Assembly: GCA_964592485.1 (NCBI GenBank)
Contig: CAZQEY010000001.1
Span: forward strand, 456 to 64,455
Direction of reading: 5' to 3'
DNA: 64,000 nucleotides
Source of the DNA: an uncultured Planctomycetales bacterium
GTDB taxonomy: Bacteria > Omnitrophota > Gorgyraeia > Gygaellales > JAHJCI01
The position numbers and the translations under genes are program-made. Shown piece by piece: positions 56,443 to 64,000 of this stretch. The notes under the pieces were generated by a model. That model saw nothing but the letters and a program-made list of their open reading frames with translations, did not search any database and was not told the origin of the DNA. Each line of letters starts with the position of its first letter. Position 1 is the first letter of the stretch.

Positions 56443-57240
56443 CTACTCCTTGGAAACTACAAAGAAAAGGCATCCTCCTTCTTCACTCTCCTTATCATAG
56501 TATCGCCTGATAAAATTCATAAATACTTTGGGCCTGTTAAATTTAGGGAATAATTTCCATCTATTTATAGTTCTCTTGTATATAAAGGAACTCAGAGAAG
56601 AAACCAAAAAAAAACCCATTATATGAAGCAATTGGGGGGACAAATAAGGGTATACTTCCTTTATTGTCAAACCTGCCTTGGTTATCCTCATTTTCCATTC
56701 ATCTGCAGATAAAACATAATTATGACAAAAAAGATAATCAAGTAATTTACTGCTCAGCTTTAGCTTAATCCCCAGTTTATTAAGCATAATATCACTTAAG
56801 GACATCGCTTCCGAGAATAAGGAAGTTACCACACTTAAATATGCTCGCCCACCAGGAGTCAATACCCTGCGTATCTCACTCAAAGTACGATCCAGATCCT
56901 GAACATGCTCCAGAACACAATTGGAAATAACTGTTCTAAAATAAGATGAGCTGAAGGGAAGATCCTCTGCTTCTCTACAATAGACTTCTTTGTAAGCCCT
57001 AAGCTTTCTTGCCTTATATACATTCTTCAGATCAATATCAACCCCAACATCAATCTGTCCCTCAAAAAGGGTGCTGGCAAAAATACCTTCTCCAGAACCA
57101 ATATCTAAAATTGGCCTTTCATACACATAACGAGAAAACAATTCACACTCTTTAGCACGAATTATGAACAACGAAACTGGAGCAAGCCTGCCATAAGTGT
57201 TGAAGAAATCCTCATTTTTTGGATATAGGCAATCTGTCAT
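56443..57240 (-). CDS. Class I SAM-dependent methyltransferase
   Basis: ILDIGSGEGIFASTL (motif I) and VISNCVLEHV (motif II-III region). Confidence 0.65.
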   Translation of the reverse strand: MTDCLYPKNEDFFNTYGRLAPVSLFIIRAKECELFSRYVYERPILDIGSGEGIFASTLFEGQIDVGVDIDLKNVYKARKLRAYKEVYCREAEDLPFSSSYFRTVISNCVLEHVQDLDRTLSEIRRVLTPGGRAYLSVVTSLFSEAMSLSDIMLNKLGIKLKLSSKLLDYLFCHNYVLSADEWKMRITKAGLTIKEVYPYLSPQLLHIMGFFLVSSLSSFIYKRTINRWKLFPKFNRPKVFMNFIRRYYDKESEEGGCLFFVVSKE

Positions 57241-57245
57241 TTAGT

Positions 57246-58577
57246 TTAGAGATTGCATCTGAAACGCCCCTCTTCTTTTCTCCTAGCCATATACAACTTC
57301 ATAAGCTCTTTTCTCTTTTCAGGGTCTTCCCACTCCCTAACCAGATTGTTGTTATAACGATCAGGATGACGGGATTTATCATAAACCTCAGGTGATGCTG
57401 CTTTTATTTCGTTAATGATTTTAATCACTTCATTATATCTAAGAGGAATAATTCCCTGCCTTTTTACATTCATGAATAGTTTCAACCGTTCAAAGATGAC
57501 TCTTGGACTACGAACAGAAAGAGTCATTTCCGGGTAACTGCCATATTGACAACCGCTGCAAATCCTAGTTACAGTATACACGCGTTCTTTAAATACTTTA
57601 CTGCGGTAAATTCTCGGAAAATCAGGGTCCATAAGTGAGACCTGCTCACCAGGCAACTGATGGTCGGCGCATATCGCAAAATCACCGTTAGGACGTATTT
57701 TAAAATATAGGTCAGGGCTATCACAAACATCCTTCCTTCGCCAGGTAACCTTTTTATACTTCATAAAATTCAGAGCGCTTTCTAAATAAGGAATTGAATC
57801 AAACAACTTGTATCCAGATTTTTTCATTTCAATAAGTTTCTTAAACACACTGTCTAATTCAGAATGGTCTTCCTGTTGTATTTCAAAAGTTGTATCATAA
57901 CTTCGGTAGGGCATTGGTTTTTCCTGACTGGTTATGTGAACAGGAACAAGAGACACATACCAGCCAATCCGGTTTGCTAACTTCAATATACTCGATATTT
58001 CCGGATAGTTATACCTAGAGATAACCGTACCAAAACTGGTAACTGCCTCGTTTTTTGGAAAAAATTGCGAAATAGAAGCAATGGTTTTAATAACTTCATC
58101 CCAAGAACCAGCGACACTATTAATAAAATCTTGCTTCGATGCATCAAGAGAATCTAATGAAACATTAATATCTCGTGCGCCTGCTTTAACACAGGCTTCA
58201 AGCATTTGTGGTGTGGCCACTTTCATGCCGGCAGTCTGGAGCCTGACATTAATCCCATGCTTAACAAAAATCTCGATTATCTCAGGATAGTCTTTACGTA
58301 AAAAAGGTTCGCCCCCCATCAGCACAACTACACCAGTACCAATTTTAACCAAATTATCGGCAACCTTTTCTATGTCGTCCAATTCAATCTCTCTAACATC
58401 TGAATTAGATTCAACCACATTACAGTATTTACAGAATAAGTTGCATTGAGAATTAATGTAATACTGAACATAGAAAGGAGCATTCTTTTTTAATAATACT
58501 GCCTTTGCCATAGATAGTTTTGTGCGCCAGGTAAACACCTCCAAGCCTCCTTTAATTATGACTTTTGGGCAAGACAA
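57246..58577 (-). CDS. Radical SAM enzyme with a SPASM-like C-terminal Cys cluster
   Basis: QCNLFCKYCN (CxxxCxxC) and C-terminal CSGCQYG. Confidence 0.7.
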   Translation of the reverse strand: MSCPKVIIKGGLEVFTWRTKLSMAKAVLLKKNAPFYVQYYINSQCNLFCKYCNVVESNSDVREIELDDIEKVADNLVKIGTGVVVLMGGEPFLRKDYPEIIEIFVKHGINVRLQTAGMKVATPQMLEACVKAGARDINVSLDSLDASKQDFINSVAGSWDEVIKTIASISQFFPKNEAVTSFGTVISRYNYPEISSILKLANRIGWYVSLVPVHITSQEKPMPYRSYDTTFEIQQEDHSELDSVFKKLIEMKKSGYKLFDSIPYLESALNFMKYKKVTWRRKDVCDSPDLYFKIRPNGDFAICADHQLPGEQVSLMDPDFPRIYRSKVFKERVYTVTRICSGCQYGSYPEMTLSVRSPRVIFERLKLFMNVKRQGIIPLRYNEVIKIINEIKAASPEVYDKSRHPDRYNNNLVREWEDPEKRKELMKLYMARRKEEGRFRCNL

Positions 58578-59284
58578 GCCAATGTAGTGCCAAAGGGAAA
58601 ATCAAATCTTCTTAAAAAATATTTTTCCATACAGAGAATCTTATTAAGAACCGCGTTGATTGGTTTTGCTAATTTAAAGAAATCATCGCTCTGGGAACTG
58701 CACACAAGTATCTTTCGTTTAAACCACAACGGCAAGACAAAAGCCGGTTGAAAATAAGTAGCTCGCAGCACTCTAAAACCTGCTTTCTCTAATATAGTTG
58801 TTAACCTTTTTCGATTATAACGGCGTTTATGGCCATATAATTCATCATGCTTGCCGTATAATGCATTGTAAGCCGGAACAGATACCAATAACCATCCCGC
58901 AGAGTTAAGAATACTCTTTATACCAACGATAAGACCGTCCTCATCATCCACGTGCTCAAGTACATCGAGTAAAGTAACAAGGTCAAAAGAGTTCTCTTTA
59001 AACGGTAATTTTATAGCGTCAGCAACTACTGCTTTAACATCTTGATTGCGTTTGCAAAGAATATTTAATATATCGTGATTCAAATCAATTCCAAAAATAT
59101 CAATCTTAAACTGTTTTACATAGCCAAGAAACACCCCGCTGCCACAACCAATATCCAACATTCTCTTAGCAAATAATCCAGCGCAAGATTGTTCTAATAA
59201 ATCACTCAGAACAACATACTTGCTCCTCAGCCACCAATAATTGTGGCCTAAGCGGTCATATTTAAGCAATTTCTCAATTTCCAT
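58556..59284 (-). CDS. Class I SAM-dependent methyltransferase
   Basis: MLDIGCGSGVFLGY (motif I) and LLDVLEHV. Confidence 0.7.
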   Translation of the reverse strand: MEIEKLLKYDRLGHNYWWLRSKYVVLSDLLEQSCAGLFAKRMLDIGCGSGVFLGYVKQFKIDIFGIDLNHDILNILCKRNQDVKAVVADAIKLPFKENSFDLVTLLDVLEHVDDEDGLIVGIKSILNSAGWLLVSVPAYNALYGKHDELYGHKRRYNRKRLTTILEKAGFRVLRATYFQPAFVLPLWFKRKILVCSSQSDDFFKLAKPINAVLNKILCMEKYFLRRFDFPFGTTLACLAQKS

Positions 59285-60263
59285 AATTACTATTTTCTCT
59301 GGGGAATTCTACGAACTCCCTATCTATACCTATAACTTCATCAATAACATAAACAGGGCGATTCTTTATCTCATCAAAAATGGACCCGATATATTCGCCT
59401 ATCATTCCCAACATAATCAACTGCATTCCGCCAAGAAAACTTATAATCACTACTATTGTTGCAAAACCACTAAAAGGGGTATCAAAAATTATGTAACGTA
59501 AAATATTTATAATGCCAAAGGCAAAACTTAACATGGATATAACAATACCAACAAATATAGAAACCCTCAAAGGCACTTTTGAAAAAGATATAAAACCAGA
59601 GAGCGCAAGTTTCAGGAGTCTGAACAAGCTGTATTTCGGGTCCCCTTTCTCACGTGCAGGACGGCTATACTCTATTCCAATAAATTTTCCCCCTGCCCAA
59701 CAACGCAGTCCCCTTATAAAGGGATTGTGCTCTTTGAACGATATAAGTAAATCAACAGTATTTCGATTTATTACTGAAAAATCTCCTGTATCAAGAGGAA
59801 TTTCAAAGGAGGCCATTTTATTCAACATTCGGTAAAAAGTAAAGTATGCTAACCTTTTGAAAAAGTTTTCTTTACGCCTTTTGCGTATGGCATATACAAC
59901 ATCATAACCTTGCTCACACTTTTTAAAGAATTCTGGAAGAAGTTCTGGGGGGTCCTGACCATCAGCATCTAAAACCGCAACCATTCTTCCTGATGACCCT
60001 CTCAATCCTGCTATAATAGCTATTTGATGACCGAAGTTGCGCGAAAATCTAATACCCTTAATATTTGGATTGCGTCTATTGCATTCTAGAATAATCTGCC
60101 AACTGCCATCATTGCTGCCATCATTAACCAGGATGATCTCATATGTCTCTCCTAGCGCAGATAATACCCTTTCAGTCCTATTTATAATCTCAAGTAATGT
60201 CTCTTGCTCATTAAATACCGGAATCACAACTGAATAAACAATCTCACTCTTTGCCGAAATCAT
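59274..60263 (-). CDS. Glycosyltransferase family 2: polyprenyl-phosphate sugar synthase (ArnC/GtrB/DPM1-like) with C-terminal TM helices
   Basis: SVVIPVFNE...VNDGSNDGS, DAD at LDADGQD, and two C-terminal TM segments. Confidence 0.8.
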   Translation of the reverse strand: MISAKSEIVYSVVIPVFNEQETLLEIINRTERVLSALGETYEIILVNDGSNDGSWQIILECNRRNPNIKGIRFSRNFGHQIAIIAGLRGSSGRMVAVLDADGQDPPELLPEFFKKCEQGYDVVYAIRKRRKENFFKRLAYFTFYRMLNKMASFEIPLDTGDFSVINRNTVDLLISFKEHNPFIRGLRCWAGGKFIGIEYSRPAREKGDPKYSLFRLLKLALSGFISFSKVPLRVSIFVGIVISMLSFAFGIINILRYIIFDTPFSGFATIVVIISFLGGMQLIMLGMIGEYIGSIFDEIKNRPVYVIDEVIGIDREFVEFPRENSNYGN

Positions 60264-60298
60264 GCTCCTTTTCTCCTTGAGATATACTTAACTTCAGA

Positions 60299-61351
60299 TT
60301 AATAAAAACTCACATGGATAAGTCTTTTTTCTTTAGCAAAGGAGTCCCTGAAACCAATTGAGTTATCACAATATGCACAACCACCAAGCCCTTTTCTGCT
60401 GTTGAGCATACTTTTACGGAATTTATTAAATTTCTCTCCCTTCCATATTGCATCAAAACTGCTTTCACTTATATTCCCAAAAGTAGGTACTCCTAATTGA
60501 TTAAGACAGCAAGGAAGCACCGCTCCATTGCTCTGAACCGCCGGAGACAACCATAATCCCAAACAATGGTTTCTTATCTTGCCTGGTTGTTTTGAAGAAT
60601 ATACATGGATTCTGGTTTTATTTGGATCATCCAGCCCCTCAAAAATGTAATTAAGACGCACATAACGCGGGTGTAGCCCTATCCCCAGTTGTTTAGTAAA
60701 TTTTCTAACATTTTTTATAGACAAACTACTTTTGTCAGTTATTAACAATCGTGAACAAATATAAGGCGTTTTGGAATGCAATTTCTTTTTAGCGTTCTGT
60801 ATCTTTTTAATATTATCGATTACATATGAAAAGTTTCCTTTTCGGTGATATTTTTCGTAATCCTCCTGGTTTATTCCCGAGATAGAAAAATACAATGTAT
60901 CAATACCGGTTTTTACAATTTTTTCTCCCCAGTCATCAGGTGTAGGGAAACTACCGTTCGTACTTGTCCATATAATTATTTTTTTTTCATTGGCATAGGA
61001 CATCATCTCAAGTATATTCTTATTCAAAAATGACTCTCCACTCATCTGAAGCATTATCATTATTGCGCTGTCACTTATTTGGTCAACTAACCTCTTGTAC
61101 ATTTCAATATCCATTGCCTTGGGAATTAATTTCTTAGACAAAGACGGCACCCAGCAACCTTCACAAGCAAGATTACAAAAATTGGCTGCCTCCACCCACA
61201 TGGCTACAGGACCATACTTTACTTGCGTTATCTTCAACTTAGCAAATAATAAATTAACCAAAAGAGCCCTTATCTTTTTAAATGATATTTTACCGCTGAA
61301 GATATTCCGGTAAAATAGTTTAGTAAAAAATAAGGCACTTCTTACATCCAT
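60299..61351 (-). CDS. Radical SAM enzyme with a SPASM/twitch-like C-terminus
   Basis: FCNLACEGCW (CxxxCxxC) and C-terminal CCLNQ...CAYCDN. Confidence 0.7.
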   Translation of the reverse strand: MDVRSALFFTKLFYRNIFSGKISFKKIRALLVNLLFAKLKITQVKYGPVAMWVEAANFCNLACEGCWVPSLSKKLIPKAMDIEMYKRLVDQISDSAIMIMLQMSGESFLNKNILEMMSYANEKKIIIWTSTNGSFPTPDDWGEKIVKTGIDTLYFSISGINQEDYEKYHRKGNFSYVIDNIKKIQNAKKKLHSKTPYICSRLLITDKSSLSIKNVRKFTKQLGIGLHPRYVRLNYIFEGLDDPNKTRIHVYSSKQPGKIRNHCLGLWLSPAVQSNGAVLPCCLNQLGVPTFGNISESSFDAIWKGEKFNKFRKSMLNSRKGLGGCAYCDNSIGFRDSFAKEKRLIHVSFY

Positions 61352-61355
61352 CCCC

Positions 61356-62816
61356 TCAACCCTTCTTGCGCGAAGACCTATTTAAAAAATATCCTTTGAA
61401 AATTGTGTATTTCATAAAGGACAGGCCTCCTCGAAATACCTTTATAAATAATTTTTTGCTCTTCATCATTTTAAAAATATAGTAAATGATTATACGTAGC
61501 CGTAAGTAAAATACCCTGTAAGCTTTTTTATGGTAATATAATAATTCATCATAGGTTAATCCATAAGGGACGAAATTATGCGGAGATGTCATAACCGCCT
61601 TTCTCCAATCAGGATCGAATTCACCATATTGTTTGGCTAATTTAGAAGCCAGAGTGCCTGGAAGCGGAGTAAAACCATTAATATGAAAATCATCCATCGG
61701 GACATTCTTAATAAACTTAAGTGTCTCTTCAATTGTCTCTTTGGTTTCACCAAAATTACCAAGCATAAAAAGCCCCTTTATTTTTAATCCAGCTTGATGG
61801 GTAATCTTAAGAGCCCGCTCAATCTGTTCAACCTTTATCCCTTTATTGATGCTATCCAGTATTTTCTGAGAACCACTCTCACAACCATAACCTACCTGCC
61901 AGCACCCTGCCTCTTTAAGTATCTTTAACATCTCTGGGTCAACCATATCAACTCGACCCATTATAGAAAAAGTAATATCTATATTTTTTTCTTTTAGTAT
62001 CCGGCAAAAGTCCTTAACCCTCTTCTTAAATGCGGGAAAGTTATCATCCTCAAAGAAGATATCTTTTATTCCATAATTCACGGTTAGATGCTCAATCATG
62101 CCTATTATGTATTCAGCACTATAACCCCTGATTTTATTTCCAAACATACTCTTTTCGCAAAAGACACACTTCCCCGGGCATCCCCTTGAGGTTACTAACA
62201 GTGTTGCGGGCGAACGGTGTAGGCTATCTGCTGCAGGTTGATAATATTTCACTAAATCGGGTAGAAGATCCCATGCAGGAAATGGAAGTTTATCAAGGTC
62301 TTCTATAAATGCCCTTCTGCCAGTAAAAACAATCCTGCCATTATTTCTAAATATTATACCTTTGCAATTATTTAAATCAGAATCATTCTCAAAACATTTA
62401 AGTAATTCTAGAATAGTAATTTCCCCCTCGCCCACAACCCCTACATCAAACTCAGGAAAGACAGACATGGTTTCATAGGGACATGATGTAACATGGGCAC
62501 CACCAATAACTATCTTTATCCTGCTACCCTTTTGCCTTAGCATCCTGGCAATGTAAGCCGCATTGTAAATGGTGGTAGTTGTGGAAGTTATGCCAAGTAT
62601 GTCAGGAGATTCGCCTATTATTTTCTCAAGCGTTGAATCATGGCTTAACCTTAAAGCAGCAGCATCAAGAATCGTTGTCAGATAACCATTTTCCCGGGTT
62701 ATAGCAGCCAATAAAGCAATTCCCAGTGGAGGCAACTCACTGCCTCCTTCTGATAAGTCACCATATAATTCTTCCGCTGAAAACGGAGGATTTAAAAACA
62801 TTATTTTACTTTTCAT
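61356..62816 (-). CDS. B12-binding-domain radical SAM enzyme (class B)
   Basis: N-terminal B12-binding-like Rossmann (ILGITSTTTTIYNAAYIARML) then RGCPGKCVFCE. Confidence 0.75.
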   Translation of the reverse strand: MKSKIMFLNPPFSAEELYGDLSEGGSELPPLGIALLAAITRENGYLTTILDAAALRLSHDSTLEKIIGESPDILGITSTTTTIYNAAYIARMLRQKGSRIKIVIGGAHVTSCPYETMSVFPEFDVGVVGEGEITILELLKCFENDSDLNNCKGIIFRNNGRIVFTGRRAFIEDLDKLPFPAWDLLPDLVKYYQPAADSLHRSPATLLVTSRGCPGKCVFCEKSMFGNKIRGYSAEYIIGMIEHLTVNYGIKDIFFEDDNFPAFKKRVKDFCRILKEKNIDITFSIMGRVDMVDPEMLKILKEAGCWQVGYGCESGSQKILDSINKGIKVEQIERALKITHQAGLKIKGLFMLGNFGETKETIEETLKFIKNVPMDDFHINGFTPLPGTLASKLAKQYGEFDPDWRKAVMTSPHNFVPYGLTYDELLYYHKKAYRVFYLRLRIIIYYIFKMMKSKKLFIKVFRGGLSFMKYTIFKGYFLNRSSRKKG

Positions 62817-63669
62817 TTTCTACTTTTGACCTCAGATTTAGAAATGACTTATTAATCAGATTTTGATACCTTTGTCTCATTACAATAGTTTTAATTGGAA
62901 ACATGGATGAACTTTTGTTTATCCAAAAAAACTGCAAAGGCTTTTTTATCCTTAGGAGGTAAACAAATTTCAATATTTCAAAAGTTAAAAGATCAAAATT
63001 ACCGCATTCTGCATATCCTTTCAGGAAATTATCTTCTAAGGATTCAACTATTTTATTATCTCCACCCAACATTCCCGAAATGATTATTCTAGAACAGAAA
63101 CGAGACAAATCATCAATCTGATAAGCAAAACACGAATGTTCAAAATCGATAAAACATATACGACCCTCATTGTAAAGAATATTTTGGTAACAAAAATCAC
63201 CGTGTATGAAACCATAATTAGATTTGAATTTAATCTGTTGCGAAAATGCCTTAAACCATTGATAAATATTTTTAATTTGTCTTCTGCTGAGATAAATTCC
63301 TCCCCACTCCTGCAGATGTTTGTCTAATTTAGTGGTTATAAAGTCTTTCAAAGAACAACTAATTCTAGGGATGTGCTCAGATATATGGCTAAAATCTATA
63401 TAATGTAACTTGGCTAAGGCCTGACCAATCTCCTGCATCAGTTTTAACAATACATCATCATCTGTCTTCAAAAAATTAATATTATCCCCTTGTAGCCTTT
63501 TTAACTTTAATAGATTATTCTTCCAAGAAACAGCTTCTAGAACATTTATTGTACTATTATTTTTCAAATATTTAATAATCTCGTATTCCCTGTGCGCATA
63601 AACAGTATGTTTGTAAAAATATTCATTACTAGTCTGAATCTTAGTGAAATTTTCTGTATTTTTATTCAT
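62806..63669 (-). CDS. Aminoglycoside/choline-kinase-like phosphotransferase
   Basis: Brenner motif FIHGDFCYQNILY and the downstream IDFE metal-binding motif. Confidence 0.55.
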   Translation of the reverse strand: MNKNTENFTKIQTSNEYFYKHTVYAHREYEIIKYLKNNSTINVLEAVSWKNNLLKLKRLQGDNINFLKTDDDVLLKLMQEIGQALAKLHYIDFSHISEHIPRISCSLKDFITTKLDKHLQEWGGIYLSRRQIKNIYQWFKAFSQQIKFKSNYGFIHGDFCYQNILYNEGRICFIDFEHSCFAYQIDDLSRFCSRIIISGMLGGDNKIVESLEDNFLKGYAECGNFDLLTFEILKFVYLLRIKKPLQFFWINKSSSMFPIKTIVMRQRYQNLINKSFLNLRSKVENEK

Positions 63670-64000
63670 ACTGGAATCTTGTCTATTTGGGCGTTTCTAT
63701 AACCAAGGGGATTTATTCTTTTTCCTTTACGTTTTTCTAATTTCCTGACTTGGCTATAAGATGGATATGAGTATACCCTGCCAAGAGAAAACTCTACCGG
63801 GATTGTTCTGATATTGCCACTGCAAAACATATCTAATGCTTCCTCTACTAATTTGTAATCGATAGAAAGTGCCTTCTCAAAGAGTGTCTTTGTATCGTCG
63901 TGTTCTCCAATTCTAACTTGCTCTTGAGTCAATAAAGCTCCGTGGTCAATCTTAGAATCAATTCGGTGGACTGAAACTCCCATATAATCCTCATCGTTAT
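63666..64000 (-). CDS. Formyltransferase-family protein (sugar N-formyltransferase / Fmt-like), partial; N-terminus lies beyond the window end
   Basis: GVSVHRIDSKIDHGALL matches the formyl-transferase catalytic region (H...D). The frame stays open upstream of the track's Met to position 64000. Confidence 0.5.
   Translation of the reverse strand, partial: NDEDYMGVSVHRIDSKIDHGALLTQEQVRIGEHDDTKTLFEKALSIDYKLVEEALDMFCSGNIRTIPVEFSLGRVYSYPSYSQVRKLEKRKGKRINPLGYRNAQIDKIPV

Noticed and set aside
1-64000. CRISPR arrays and rRNA genes
   Set aside because: No regularly spaced direct repeats with unique spacers were seen, and no 16S/23S/5S-like conserved segments.

Overview
The window is AT-rich bacterial DNA and almost every gene is on the minus strand. 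It splits into three parts.

**1. Positions 1 to about 21.3 kb: an integrated accessory/defence island.**
- The right boundary is a tRNA-His gene.
- Next to the tRNA sit a large serine recombinase and a DUF2924-like partner gene.
- A six-gene operon with coupled start and stop codons follows: C5-cytosine methyltransferase, endonuclease III-like glycosylase, large SF2 helicase, Cys-rich DUF1998-like protein, PLD nuclease, and an 803-aa unknown. This looks like a class-2 DISARM (DrmMII/DrmA/DrmB/DrmC) variant with two non-canonical additions.
- A phage packaging-type module follows: ParB-methyltransferase fusion, an HTH protein that may be a small terminase subunit, and a large terminase subunit. 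No structural genes are present.
- Then come an RNase HII gene, an XRE-type regulator, and a PD-(D/E)xK nuclease.
- A roughly 940-bp non-coding stretch (927 to 1869) is GC-rich and highly structured, with duplicated promoter/terminator units and tandem repeats.
- A partial SIR2-family gene runs off the left edge.

**2. About 21.4 to 37 kb: core genes.**
- RNA genes: tRNA-Arg, tRNA-Pro, tRNA-Leu, tmRNA plus SmpB.
- Proteins: RdgB, RNase PH, SufB/SufC, two-subunit Fe-S fumarase, queDCEF (preQ1 synthesis), MurI, an auxin-efflux-carrier (AEC) family transporter, a Maf-M48 peptidase fusion, an MBL-fold hydrolase and a VanZ-like protein.
- Notable extras: tRNA-Pro fragment duplications around a small GIY-YIG gene, a truncated tmRNA-like relic, GC-rich palindromic repeats, and a conserved ~110-nt leader shared by the suf and que operons.

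**3. About 37.3 to 64 kb: a large envelope-glycan locus.**
- O-antigen ligase, two WbaP-like initiating sugar transferases, a WecB/TagA glycosyltransferase, two GT4 and one GT2 glycosyltransferase, and several polytopic membrane proteins.
- Unusually, it also carries four radical-SAM enzymes (two with a B12-binding domain), four or five SAM methyltransferases, a kinase and a partial formyltransferase.

No rRNA and no CRISPR array were found. Coordinates for hand-called RNAs and repeats may be off by 1 to 2 nt.
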